Counted from the stretch's first letter, positions 37,663-47,505 are shown. The stretch is 47,984 bases of DNA from a virus (IMGVR_UViG_3300032227_002079:1-47984); one strand, 5' to 3'. Numbers and translations are program-made. Notes: generated by a model not told the origin, from the sequence alone.

Positions 37663-37980
37663 CTATTCTAAAAGCAAATCTGTTTGGTTATTTTGCAAGC
37701 CATCAATTTTATTTTGTTCTTTGTTTATCATATCATCTAATATTTTGATAGCATTTTGTGCATCTTCTATATTCCCAAAAAACATAGGATTTTTTGGTTG
37801 GTTATTTATAGCTTCTGTAATTGCTCTTTTTTTTCTTTTGTTTTCTACTTCGTTAATTGAAGTTATTGTTTGTTTAAGTAGGTTTTTAGTTTTTTCGAGA
37901 GCAAATTCATCTGGAATTTTAGATAATGATTCCATAAGTTGTTGTTTTACTTGTGATAATATTTTTTCATTTCTTTTCAT
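37663..37980 (-). CDS. hypothetical coiled-coil protein
   Basis: 105 aa; overlaps the upstream stop. Confidence 0.55.
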   Translation of the reverse strand: MKRNEKILSQVKQQLMESLSKIPDEFALEKTKNLLKQTITSINEVENKRKKRAITEAINNQPKNPMFFGNIEDAQNAIKILDDMINKEQNKIDGLQNNQTDLLLE

Positions 37981-38771
37981 TTGTTTTCCATGATATGGAG
38001 TATTTTTATATTTTTATTATAGACAGAAATTTCATAATTTTCATTTAGTACTGTTTGATTTCCCACGAACAATACTTTGTATTTTCCTTCATTTTTATTA
38101 AGATATTTTGTATTAATTTCACATTCTTTTAAACAAAGTAATTCTCTTTTAGTTTTATTATATTCGTTTTCCGATACTATATCGGTATAGCATCTTTTTA
38201 TATTTTTATTTTTATTTCTAGATTCAAAATATAATTTTATACTTTTATCATTATCACATGTTAAAATTATATTTTCTTCTATTTTTAAAACAAATTCTTT
38301 TTTATTATTTGTTTTAATTTTAAATGAATTAATTGGTTTCCATGTATCTTCTATAGATTCTGGGAATGGTTGTATAGTTCCTCTTATAAATTTTCGTGTA
38401 TTGAATGAATATTCATTTAGAAGTATTTTTATTATATTTGCTTTTTGTTCTGTTATATTTTTTATTCTTTGTACAAAATTTTTATTTTCTTGGGCTGACC
38501 CGGCGTTCATAAATCTTTCGATTATATAATATTTATTTGGTTCATCTTTTATTGCTGTTATAAATGATTTTATATTTTTATTTCTATTAATTTCTGCTAT
38601 TAGCTTAGAGTTACTATAAGAAATTTCAAGCAAATTACAAATGTTTTCTTTATCTGTATAAAGATTTTTGACCCAATCTTGATCATATAGTGATTTCTCC
38701 AAAGCTTCTGTATATGCGTTAAAATCTATTTCTATATCATTTTTATTCATAAATGTTTTAGTGGTTACCAA
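37977..38771 (-). CDS. hypothetical Asn/Lys/Ile-rich protein
   Basis: 264-aa ORF coupled to the terminase stop; very AT-rich. Confidence 0.5.
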   Translation of the reverse strand: MVTTKTFMNKNDIEIDFNAYTEALEKSLYDQDWVKNLYTDKENICNLLEISYSNSKLIAEINRNKNIKSFITAIKDEPNKYYIIERFMNAGSAQENKNFVQRIKNITEQKANIIKILLNEYSFNTRKFIRGTIQPFPESIEDTWKPINSFKIKTNNKKEFVLKIEENIILTCDNDKSIKLYFESRNKNKNIKRCYTDIVSENEYNKTKRELLCLKECEINTKYLNKNEGKYKVLFVGNQTVLNENYEISVYNKNIKILHIMENK

Positions 38772-40516
38772 CCAAACTCCTTGATTAGATTGTGACTTTT
38801 TCTATATAAGCCTAGAAGTTCTTCTTTTTCTGCATTAATTCTATCTGTTTTTTGAGCATCGAAAATTCCTTTTACTTCTGATTTGAGTCCTTCTCGTAGT
38901 TCTCTACGAATATCTGATATTTGAGGTTTTGTTTCTCCGGATTCATATCCTATTGGAACTCCTTTGTATATTTCATCTCTTACATAGTTTGCTATGGCAA
39001 TAGACATAATTGCATCATCATGCTTCCCTTTAACTGCTTGTGCTTTTTTGGTTTGCACATTATATTCAAATGTTTTTATTTCTCTTACTAATCTTTTGCT
39101 TTTTATTTTAAGTGATTTATTAACAATTCTTGATTGTAATTCTTGTAGAATAATAATTCTATTACTTACATTTATTTTAATTCCTGGTTTCATTAATCTG
39201 TTGTTTTTAGCTGATATATATAAATTATCATAATCTGTTAGATTATTAAGTACAATTCCTCCAGTTGACATATCTTCTACTGCTACCAATGCGTTATTAT
39301 AATATAATCCTAGTTCGTTTACAACTTGTGCTAAATCATGTGGGCTGATTAAATTGCTATAGAATTCAGCACATTGTTCCAAGGTATTAGCATTTATTAC
39401 TTGAATGCATGAATTATCTCCATCTGAACCAATTCCTTCTGCTGAGTCAACTCCTATTATATATTCTTGTCCTTCTACGGGTTCTTTCCAGACCCAAAGG
39501 GCACCTTTTGAAAAATCGTTTGGTTTTTCTTCAGAGCTTGCGTCAAGGTTAGAGAATTTTGGGAACATTTTTTTAATTGGTTCTAGGCGGGAGGTGCTTT
39601 CATCTAGTTCTGTAATGACATTTGATGGAAAGTAGGTTTCGCCTGATCCCAAGAATGATCTTAAAACTTCCTGAAGAAAGCCTTTTTCTCCTAATTGTTG
39701 TCGTTGTTCTGTAATCCAGCCTGGATTTTTCTTTTCATTATAATCAGGGTGTTCCCAGTAATCTAAGTCTATTATATGGAATTGATTTTTTTTATCTTTT
39801 GCTTTGGTATAGGTTTCTTCGTACCAGTTTCCAAGACCGTTTACTGTTGAAACTAGTACGCAGCTTCCTCCTGTAGATAAAACTGGCCACATAGCTTTCC
39901 AATGGCTTTCCATATCTGGAATAAATGCTGCTTCGTCAATAATAAGAAATGTAACTGATTTACCACGGGCAGCTTCTGGGGAATAGAATTGAAGGGCACC
40001 ACCTGTATCTGGGAATTGTTTTAAGTGGTCATTCCATTTGCCATCTTTTTTAGGTTTTAGCCATTCGGGCATATGTTCAATAGCTCTATCTACTATCAAT
40101 CCGATACCAACGGCTTCTCTATCTGTTTTAGATAGCGCCATAATTTGTTGGTCTAATTGGAACAAACACTTCCACAATCCGTACAACAATGTAACAGTTG
40201 TTAGTCCTCCTTGTCTAAATTTACTTATTATATTAAATCTATGTTCTTGATAATAATCAATACTTCTTTTTTGGTAATTAAATAATTGAAATCTAATTAA
40301 GCCTTTTGTTGGATGTAGAATTTTAATATATTTAAGACAAAAGTATGGGAAGCTTTGAATACATTTTGACATTTCTTCTTGTTGTTTATCTATGGAATAT
40401 TTGCTTTGGCTATCTACAGTTTCATTTGGATCTACTGTAAATTGCATATCGTCGAAGAAATAAAATTCTGGATCGTAATTTTTTAGCCAATAATCTTTAT
40501 ATGATTTTTCTTCCAT
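38765..40516 (-). CDS. terL: terminase large subunit (gp17-like)
   Basis: YQ motif, KFRQGGLTT (Walker A region), LIIDEAAF (Walker B), STVNG, IIGVDSAEG, HDDAIMS. Confidence 0.95.
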   Translation of the reverse strand: MEEKSYKDYWLKNYDPEFYFFDDMQFTVDPNETVDSQSKYSIDKQQEEMSKCIQSFPYFCLKYIKILHPTKGLIRFQLFNYQKRSIDYYQEHRFNIISKFRQGGLTTVTLLYGLWKCLFQLDQQIMALSKTDREAVGIGLIVDRAIEHMPEWLKPKKDGKWNDHLKQFPDTGGALQFYSPEAARGKSVTFLIIDEAAFIPDMESHWKAMWPVLSTGGSCVLVSTVNGLGNWYEETYTKAKDKKNQFHIIDLDYWEHPDYNEKKNPGWITEQRQQLGEKGFLQEVLRSFLGSGETYFPSNVITELDESTSRLEPIKKMFPKFSNLDASSEEKPNDFSKGALWVWKEPVEGQEYIIGVDSAEGIGSDGDNSCIQVINANTLEQCAEFYSNLISPHDLAQVVNELGLYYNNALVAVEDMSTGGIVLNNLTDYDNLYISAKNNRLMKPGIKINVSNRIIILQELQSRIVNKSLKIKSKRLVREIKTFEYNVQTKKAQAVKGKHDDAIMSIAIANYVRDEIYKGVPIGYESGETKPQISDIRRELREGLKSEVKGIFDAQKTDRINAEKEELLGLYRKSHNLIKEFGW

Positions 40517-40552
40517 TTAGCCCCCTATAATATAATATACTGGAGATTCCAC

Positions 40553-41014
40553 ATGTTAAAAAATGAAAATCACACAAAATTTGCTAATATTATGCTTGGC
40601 GACCTTATGAATGAGCGCAAGCACATGTTATTTTACTTGACTGCGGCTTCTACTGTTAGTGGTTTGCATCGAGAAGAATACAAAGAATTTTTCGCTAAAG
40701 AAGCATCAGGCGAGATGTCGCATGTTGTTGAATTTCAAGATTGCCTTTTGGGTTTGGGTGTTGATTTATCTTTATCTGAAAAAACAGTTTCCAATAATGA
40801 TTATATAGTATCTTATGATCTGATTGAATTATTGAAATATGCTTTAGCTATGGAAGAAGAAGTAGTTTCAAATTATGCAAAAAGAATAACAGAAGATATC
40901 TTGTTGTTAGATGAGCCTGAAAAGCGTTGGATGGAAATATTTTATGAGGATCAATTGGAGAATAGTAGAAAAGATGTTGATAATTATAAAATGATTTTGC
41001 GAGACTGTAAATAA
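40553..41014 (+). CDS. ferritin/bacterioferritin-like four-helix protein
   Basis: E..GEMSH and LAMEEEVV..Y di-iron-type pattern; GGAG RBS. Confidence 0.75.
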   Translation: MLKNENHTKFANIMLGDLMNERKHMLFYLTAASTVSGLHREEYKEFFAKEASGEMSHVVEFQDCLLGLGVDLSLSEKTVSNNDYIVSYDLIELLKYALAMEEEVVSNYAKRITEDILLLDEPEKRWMEIFYEDQLENSRKDVDNYKMILRDCK

Positions 41015-41040
41015 ATACAGTATAAAAAAAAGGGGTCAAC

Positions 41041-41865
41041 ATGTCTTTTTTTCAAAATGTATTTAATTTCGAATTCAGACCAAGTATGATTGGTTCTGAC
41101 AGGCAATATCAAACTGGCTGGCATCTTAAGGGAAACACAAATAGAAGTGACTACATGGTTAGTTCTTCTGTTGAGCCATTTAATTTGCTTGGAAACGATG
41201 TATTGACTTTAAATTATGCTTTTGATGTAAACTTAATGGATTATGCCAATTTGAATGTTACTCTTTCTGGTGCTGTTATGACGGCTGTCACAGCCAAAGA
41301 AGTTTGTGATGTATTGAATGCAGATAATATTTTTTCTGCTTTATTTGTTGCTAGTTTATATTCAAGCACAAAGGCTCCAACAAGTCCTAACAAAGTATTA
41401 ATTAAGGCTAAGAGAGACAGAGGCAATTGGAGAGCTTATTTAAGCAATAGTTCTGCAGAATCCATAATGAAATTTAACAAGAATGCTGTAGTAGCAGAAT
41501 TGCCAAGTTATTTTGAAAAATATGCATTAACCAACAGGTTTACATATCAAGACTTAGGTCCAGATAGACTGCTATTGTTAGATCCGTCAAATCCTGTTGA
41601 TGCTGCCGTCATTACTGATGCTGGTTTTAATCCTTTAACGCCAAAAGCTGATTGGCAATTATTAGCTGGTAGCAGTGATGCTTATTGGTTTTATAAGAAG
41701 ACTTATGTAGCTGGAAAAGTTACGGAAGAGATTAAGTATCCTGCTGGTGCAGGAGTAGGTTTTGCTGCGAAGAAAATATTTTATGGATATGATGGTAGTG
41801 GTAATTTAATAAAAGTTTGTGAAACTCCATATGTATTGCAATCAGGCGATTTGGTCACACCGTGA
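41041..41865 (+). CDS. putative virion structural protein
   Basis: 274 aa; AVTAKEV..VLNA segment resembles sheath/baseplate-associated modules. Confidence 0.5.
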   Translation: MSFFQNVFNFEFRPSMIGSDRQYQTGWHLKGNTNRSDYMVSSSVEPFNLLGNDVLTLNYAFDVNLMDYANLNVTLSGAVMTAVTAKEVCDVLNADNIFSALFVASLYSSTKAPTSPNKVLIKAKRDRGNWRAYLSNSSAESIMKFNKNAVVAELPSYFEKYALTNRFTYQDLGPDRLLLLDPSNPVDAAVITDAGFNPLTPKADWQLLAGSSDAYWFYKKTYVAGKVTEEIKYPAGAGVGFAAKKIFYGYDGSGNLIKVCETPYVLQSGDLVTP

Positions 41866-41960
41866 TGAATATCGAAACGTATTTATTTGTTTTATTAATT
41901 TTAATGTGTTGTTGTATTCCACTAGCAGAATATATGTTTAAGAAGTATTATTCTGATTAA
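41865..41960 (+). CDS. 31-aa membrane peptide, not in the ORF track
   Basis: MNIETYLFVLLILMCCCIPLAEYMFKKYYSD; TGATG coupling to the upstream gene; fills the gap exactly. Confidence 0.4.
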   Translation: MNIETYLFVLLILMCCCIPLAEYMFKKYYSD

Positions 41961-42466
41961 ATAATATCTCCCCATTTTTTTCTTAGATCTGCTATTGTAG
42001 TATCTTCCATCATTTTATAATTATTTTGTTCTTCTATGGCTTTCTTTTTAATATAATTTTTAATTTTTGGTTGTATTATATTATAAAGTTCTTCTATTGT
42101 ATTTTCCCAGCATTCATGAGGAACATAGGTTTCAAGCAATCCGCTAGTTTCTTTGTAGCATAGAAACCCTTTATAAAAAACTTTTATTTCTCCGAAATAA
42201 TCATATGTATAAATTTCTATATTATTAGCGTGTTTACTTCCTGTGTAAAAATATCCTAATTTAGTTGTAATTGTATTTTCATCTAGAGTTTGAATTTCAT
42301 CTTCTTGAAAATCATCATAATTTAAAAATTGTTGTTCTTCATTTTGTTTAATTATTTCATCTCCGAGAAATCTAGATATTAAATATATTTTGCCTTCATA
42401 TCCCATTAGGTTTTTTTTAGTAGCTTCTGTAGATCTTTGTTCAATAATTCTTTGTTCAATATCCAT
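41957..42466 (-). CDS. hypothetical protein
   Basis: 169-aa ORF. Confidence 0.55.
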   Translation of the reverse strand: MDIEQRIIEQRSTEATKKNLMGYEGKIYLISRFLGDEIIKQNEEQQFLNYDDFQEDEIQTLDENTITTKLGYFYTGSKHANNIEIYTYDYFGEIKVFYKGFLCYKETSGLLETYVPHECWENTIEELYNIIQPKIKNYIKKKAIEEQNNYKMMEDTTIADLRKKWGDII

Positions 42467-42485
42467 ATTATATAGATAGTGAGGT

Positions 42486-44153
42486 GTGCATATGTTTAAT
42501 ATTAAAAAATGTTTATTTGAGAGTTATGATTTTGTTTTAGATTTTTTGAATCATAGAAAAAAGCATGTGCCTCAATCACGCCCGAATAGACCAGAGAATG
42601 TTCCTTTGCCAACACCAACACCAACACCAATACCAACTAGGAGTAATTTTATGAAGTTCTATTACAATGATCCTACTTATGTGAATTTGATTGGAACTGT
42701 TGAAAATCCTAAGCCTGATGGATTGTGTTTAAGTGTTTCAAACTTAATACCTGGAGATCATTCATTTGATTCCACACAAGGATTAGCTTGCAATACATAC
42801 GCTATTCTTTGTCATGGAATTAATGTGTTTAACAAGTTATTTAATTTAAAAAAATGGGCAGCAGTAAATTGTCTTACTGTATTTCCTGCTGCTGGCGTAC
42901 AAGCTAACGCTTATTATGATAGAACAAATTTAAAGTTCTTTTATTTTGATCACAAAGGTAAAAGAGTTTACACGGCTTTATCTGCTGATATTGTTTTGCA
43001 TGAGTTGGGTCATGGTTTATTAGACGCTATAAGACCTGATTTCTTTAGTTCTGCTTCTATGGAAACATGGGCTTTCCATGAGTCTTTTGGTGATGTAACA
43101 TCTATAATTAGCGCATTGCATTTTGATCCAGTTGTTGATAAGCTTCTTGCTGATACAAATGGCAATTTGAGACAACCAAACATTGTAGCTAGTGTAGCAG
43201 AGCAATTTGGAACTGCTCTTGGAATGGTTTGCGGTTTAAGAGAAGCATTTAATAACTTTAAGTATCAAAATCCTGCTAGTTTGCCTAAGCAAGCTAGTGG
43301 ACCAGATATGATTTATAATGAACCACATTCTTTTTCAAAGATTATGACAGGAATAGTATATGATGTTCTTTGTTCTGTTTATGAGAAAAACGGTTCTACA
43401 AAAGAAGCTTTATTTAAAGCAAGAGATTATGTTAAGGAAACATTTTATAAATCTTGTGTTACAGTTCCAAATTCTGCTAATTTTTATGAATGTTTTTGCG
43501 AAGCTTGGTTACAAGAAGATTTAAAACAATCAGTGTCACATAAAGAAATTTTAATAAAAGTGTTTCAAGATAGAGCTGTATTAAGGATGAGCAAGATGTC
43601 TGAGGAAACAGTGGATGCAAAAGAAAAGATTGTTATAAATATGGACAATGATTCCAGATTGGAAAAATGCAAAGCAGAGATGAGTGTAAAAGATTTATAT
43701 GGTGATAGTTTTTCTGCTATGTCTATTGATGAAGAAATTGGAAACATGGTTGTTGAGCTTGCTGTAGATGATATGTATATTAGAACAGACATGGTTGGGT
43801 GGCAAAAAGTTTCTAGTCCTTTGGAAGAAGCTAAAGATGCTGCTAAAAACTTGTTGGAATATATAATTTCTAATAACTTATTTGGCAAAGAAGAAACTTC
43901 AGTATGGTTTAAAAATGATGATAATAAATTAACTAGAAGAATGTTTGAGTGCGATTGCTATTCAAATAATTGCAAGATACCTGGTAATCCTGAATATGGC
44001 AAATGTTGGAAATCTAAAAACAATACTGGATGTTGCACTTATGGAAGTTGTGCAAATTCAGAATCAGAAAATTCAAAAAAAGTTGAAAAAACTTGCAATA
44101 TACGCTATAGTAGTTCATGTAGGAATTCTTCTTATAATTCCAAATGCTATTAG
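42486..44153 (+). CDS. M4/M36-like (gluzincin) zinc metalloprotease with Cys-rich C-terminus
   Basis: NAYY, DIVLHELGH, AFHESFGD and EPHSFS motifs. Confidence 0.85.
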   Translation: MHMFNIKKCLFESYDFVLDFLNHRKKHVPQSRPNRPENVPLPTPTPTPIPTRSNFMKFYYNDPTYVNLIGTVENPKPDGLCLSVSNLIPGDHSFDSTQGLACNTYAILCHGINVFNKLFNLKKWAAVNCLTVFPAAGVQANAYYDRTNLKFFYFDHKGKRVYTALSADIVLHELGHGLLDAIRPDFFSSASMETWAFHESFGDVTSIISALHFDPVVDKLLADTNGNLRQPNIVASVAEQFGTALGMVCGLREAFNNFKYQNPASLPKQASGPDMIYNEPHSFSKIMTGIVYDVLCSVYEKNGSTKEALFKARDYVKETFYKSCVTVPNSANFYECFCEAWLQEDLKQSVSHKEILIKVFQDRAVLRMSKMSEETVDAKEKIVINMDNDSRLEKCKAEMSVKDLYGDSFSAMSIDEEIGNMVVELAVDDMYIRTDMVGWQKVSSPLEEAKDAAKNLLEYIISNNLFGKEETSVWFKNDDNKLTRRMFECDCYSNNCKIPGNPEYGKCWKSKNNTGCCTYGSCANSESENSKKVEKTCNIRYSSSCRNSSYNSKCY

Positions 44154-44162
44154 GAGAAAGTT

Positions 44163-44474
44163 ATGTATTATAAATTAGATTTTTGTTTCACTTTGGAAGA
44201 ACTTCACAGAGAAGAAGTTAGAAATGCTTTGAAGCATTATGGAGACGATGAGGATGAGGATGAGGATGAAGAGGATGAGGATGAAGAGGATGAGGATGAA
44301 GACGAGGACGAGGACGAGGATGAGGATGAAGACGATGATTGGGATGACGACGACGACGATGACGACGATGACGATGACGACGATGATTGGGGATATGATG
44401 AAGACGATGATTTAGATGAGGAAGATTGGGACGATGATGAAGATGAAGATGAAGATGAAGATGACAATTATTAA
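44163..44474 (+). CDS. extremely acidic Asp/Glu-rich protein
   Basis: AGGAG RBS; ~75-residue D/E tract punctuated by Trp. Confidence 0.65.
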   Translation: MYYKLDFCFTLEELHREEVRNALKHYGDDEDEDEDEEDEDEEDEDEDEDEDEDEDEDDDWDDDDDDDDDDDDDDDWGYDEDDDLDEEDWDDDEDEDEDEDDNY

Positions 44475-44678
44475 TTAAAGATTTGAGAATATTAAATCTT
44501 TAATTTTTTTAAAGGATATTTTTTTGGGGCATGGAGGCTTTTCACTATTTTTTATATTGCCCTCTATTGGACCGTTCGTATCTTTAATCCATATGTCTGG
44601 TCTTTGTTTTGGTGGTTCTAATCCACCGTTAGTTCCAGGATTTTCCATAAGGTTTATATATTCTTTAAAACTAATCAT
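44475..44678 (-). CDS. small protein with capsid-targeting-like N-terminus
   Basis: ATG at 44678 gives MISFKEYINLMEN. Confidence 0.5.
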   Translation of the reverse strand: MISFKEYINLMENPGTNGGLEPPKQRPDIWIKDTNGPIEGNIKNSEKPPCPKKISFKKIKDLIFSNL

Positions 44679-44691
44679 ATATAGTATGTAG

Positions 44692-45225
44692 GTGAACATG
44701 AGTACAAATTGGTCTGGAATTCTTATTTGTGATGAATTTAAACATATTAGAAATGAAAAGGTTATATTTGAAAAATATAACTTAAAGAATTTATTACATA
44801 TACAAGGCGAAGAACAGTTGTTGAGAGCTTTGTTTGTTGGCGGAAATACAAGTAATAACTACATACCTAGTTTTTACTATTTGGGACTTGATAATAGACC
44901 GACTATTTCTATAACAGATACTTATTCAACAATAACTGGCGAACCTTTAACTTCAACAGGTTATTCTAGACAGTCTATAAGCTCTGTAAGTGGATTTAAT
45001 ATTGAAACTAGCGGCACTATTGTTAAAGCCAAAACAAATTTAATTGGGTTTACATCTACTTCATCATCTTGGGGACCAGTTAAAAATTTATTCTTAACAA
45101 ATGTTCCAAACGGGTCTATCACATCGGGTGTTTTGTATTCTTCTATACAAATTGGAAGCGATGTAGTTCTTTCTATTGGTGATACTATTTCTATGAAATT
45201 TTCAATGGCTTTAAGAAACTGTTAG
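44692..45225 (+). CDS. putative tail/baseplate-associated protein
   Basis: E....GYSRQ.I and F......WG.V pattern common in phage tail proteins. Confidence 0.6.
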   Translation: MNMSTNWSGILICDEFKHIRNEKVIFEKYNLKNLLHIQGEEQLLRALFVGGNTSNNYIPSFYYLGLDNRPTISITDTYSTITGEPLTSTGYSRQSISSVSGFNIETSGTIVKAKTNLIGFTSTSSSWGPVKNLFLTNVPNGSITSGVLYSSIQIGSDVVLSIGDTISMKFSMALRNC

Positions 45226-45701
45226 TAACTTACATAAGAATAGCTATTGCTAAAATATTTAATATCTTTTATTTCTACATTATGTATGTAGATATAACCA
45301 GATTCTTCTATTTTATATGTCTTTTTAAAGCTGAAATAAATTCTAGATTTTCCTGAATCTTCATCATTTAATATGTCTTCTAAAAATACTTCATTGCTAT
45401 TAAAAAAATCTAAATAATTAATGCTCATATTAGAAAGAGGAATGTGGATTTTATAATTTTTTGGAAGAACTTCTACTGTTTCTAAATTTTTATTTGTATC
45501 AATTTTATATTCAATTATTAACTCTTTGCCAAAAACTTTTTTTTCAAATTTTGCATCTTCATGAAATGAAGATTGGAACATAATTCCCAAGGCGGTCACT
45601 TCGCCACCTTCATAAATATTGTATCTTTCTTCTTCTGTAACAAAAATAAGGTGATTACAGAATATTGGAATGTATGTTGTTTTATTTGACTTTTTTTTCA
45701 C
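45222..45701 (-). CDS. hypothetical protein
   Basis: 159-aa ORF coupled to the nuclease gene. Confidence 0.5.
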   Translation of the reverse strand: MKKKSNKTTYIPIFCNHLIFVTEEERYNIYEGGEVTALGIMFQSSFHEDAKFEKKVFGKELIIEYKIDTNKNLETVEVLPKNYKIHIPLSNMSINYLDFFNSNEVFLEDILNDEDSGKSRIYFSFKKTYKIEESGYIYIHNVEIKDIKYFSNSYSYVSY

Positions 45702-46462
45702 TTTATTTTCCTATAAAATGGGCAGATATTGTTGTAATCACATCGGTTGCAGTGATTGCCAACATTGCCAGCTACTTTAGCTTCATCGGAATTTTCTATT
45801 TGATAAAATAAATTCTTTAAATCTTTTTTTGTTTTTTCAAGATATTCTTTATTAAAATTAGTACTAATAATATTTCCGCCTTCAACATACACCAAGGCTG
45901 CTTGTATGTTTTCTGGTTCTATATTAAATTTATCGCTTACATATGCTGCATAAGTATTAAGTTGTAGATCTTTTTTAATTGTTTCTTTAGTTTTTCTCCA
46001 TGAATTATTTTTTGATGTTTTATAATCAATTATTATCGCTTTGTTGTTTTTAACTATCAATCTGTCTATAAATCCAGTTAGTATTTTCCCATTTGGTGGA
46101 TCCAAATCATAATTTATTTCGCATTCTAATTCTCCATCAAATCCAACTTTTTCTGTGAAAAGTTGGATTACTTTTAAATGTTCCCAAAATTTATTTTTGT
46201 AAGATGTGTTAAGCAAATAAAGCTTTTCGGTATCTTGAAATTTAATTTTACCATACAAAAGGTCTTTGCCGTATTCTAGTATAGGTCTAGAACCTTTTTC
46301 TTGAACATAAAGTTCAGCAGCCTTATGCACAAGCTTTCCATAAACAAAATAAATTTGTTCGGGTTGGTCTGGTATCACCTTGAGGTGATACCTATACTTG
46401 TATTTTTGTTGGCATTCTTCGTAGCATTGTCCACGGCTTACGCTAAGATGATTTATAAGCAT
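45698..46462 (-). CDS. Cas4/RecB-like PD-(D/E)xK exonuclease
   Basis: LSVS....Y..C..KY, GFIDRL, IIDYKT, QL..YA and C..C.....CP (four-Cys cluster). Confidence 0.88.
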   Translation of the reverse strand: MLINHLSVSRGQCYEECQQKYKYRYHLKVIPDQPEQIYFVYGKLVHKAAELYVQEKGSRPILEYGKDLLYGKIKFQDTEKLYLLNTSYKNKFWEHLKVIQLFTEKVGFDGELECEINYDLDPPNGKILTGFIDRLIVKNNKAIIIDYKTSKNNSWRKTKETIKKDLQLNTYAAYVSDKFNIEPENIQAALVYVEGGNIISTNFNKEYLEKTKKDLKNLFYQIENSDEAKVAGNVGNHCNRCDYNNICPFYRKIK

Positions 46463-46500
46463 ACCAAATTATAATTAATTTTTAGCTGGGAGGCAAGCGA

Positions 46501-47505
46501 ATGGCTATTGATTTTGAAGTTTTTCGAACATGGGCAGAAGAAAAATTTAAAAAAATAGATGTTAAAGGGTCTGAAATTAAATTAAATTCATTTTTCGCAG
46601 ACAAAGATGAAAAATTTCATCTTTGGTGTAGTCCTTCAGGAGGAAAAAACAATAGACCTTATGGAGTTTTTCATTGTTGGAAAACTGGCAAAAAGGGAAG
46701 CTTGGTTTCATTGGTTATGGAAGTAGAAAAATGTAATCACAATTATGCTATGGAAATACTTGGCTTAAGAAAATATAAAGGAAAACCTATTGAAGAAATA
46801 AATCTAGGAAACGAAGAATATGAAAATTTAGAACTAGATGAAATTAAATTTAAAATAATTAATCTTCCTCCACATACTTACGAAGTAAATAAAGCTCCTA
46901 TTTCTTGGTATAATAAAGCAAGAAATTATTTACAAGGAAGAGGATTCAGCACAGAAAAATTTTACATCTGTACTGGTGGTAAATATTCTAATAGAATAAT
47001 AATTCCATATTATGAAAAGAATGGTGGTCTAATTTATTTCAACGGAAGAACATTAGGAGATGATGAATTAAGGTATAAAGGTCCAGAAAAAGAAATAGGA
47101 GTTGGTAAGGAAGATGTTTTGTTTTTTACAAACTTCCCAGAAAAAGGAGAAAAAATTTATTTATGCGAAGGAGAATTTGATGCTTTGACTCTTAATTTAA
47201 TCGGTTTGAATGCAGTTGCTTGTGGTGGCAAAAATTTAAGCGAAAAACAAGCTATAATTTTGTCAAATTATAAGATTTGTTTGTCTTTGGATTTTGATAA
47301 CGCTGGAAAACAAGCATTAAACAAAATGTATAATACTTTAATTTCTTTTGGTTTTATTGATACAAATGATAGAATATCTGTTTCCTTGCCTCCAGAATCA
47401 TACAAAGATTGGAATAAATTTTATACAACTCATGGAGGTAAAATTGTGTTAGAATATATTAGAAGAACTGAAAGAATTTTTGAATCGGGGGTTGGGAACA
47501 GTTAG
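46501..47505 (+). CDS. DNA primase (DnaG/Toprim type)
   Basis: FHCWKTG..G, RIIIP, F.GR, RYK, CEGEFDAL and LDFDNAG motifs. Confidence 0.9.
   Translation: MAIDFEVFRTWAEEKFKKIDVKGSEIKLNSFFADKDEKFHLWCSPSGGKNNRPYGVFHCWKTGKKGSLVSLVMEVEKCNHNYAMEILGLRKYKGKPIEEINLGNEEYENLELDEIKFKIINLPPHTYEVNKAPISWYNKARNYLQGRGFSTEKFYICTGGKYSNRIIIPYYEKNGGLIYFNGRTLGDDELRYKGPEKEIGVGKEDVLFFTNFPEKGEKIYLCEGEFDALTLNLIGLNAVACGGKNLSEKQAIILSNYKICLSLDFDNAGKQALNKMYNTLISFGFIDTNDRISVSLPPESYKDWNKFYTTHGGKIVLEYIRRTERIFESGVGNS

Noticed and set aside
44237-44467. poly-Ser ORF on the minus strand
   Set aside because: Antisense of the Asp/Glu repeat.
45698-46462. CRISPR adaptation gene cas4
   Set aside because: No cas1, cas2 or true array in the window; solo Cas4-like nucleases beside primases are common in phages.
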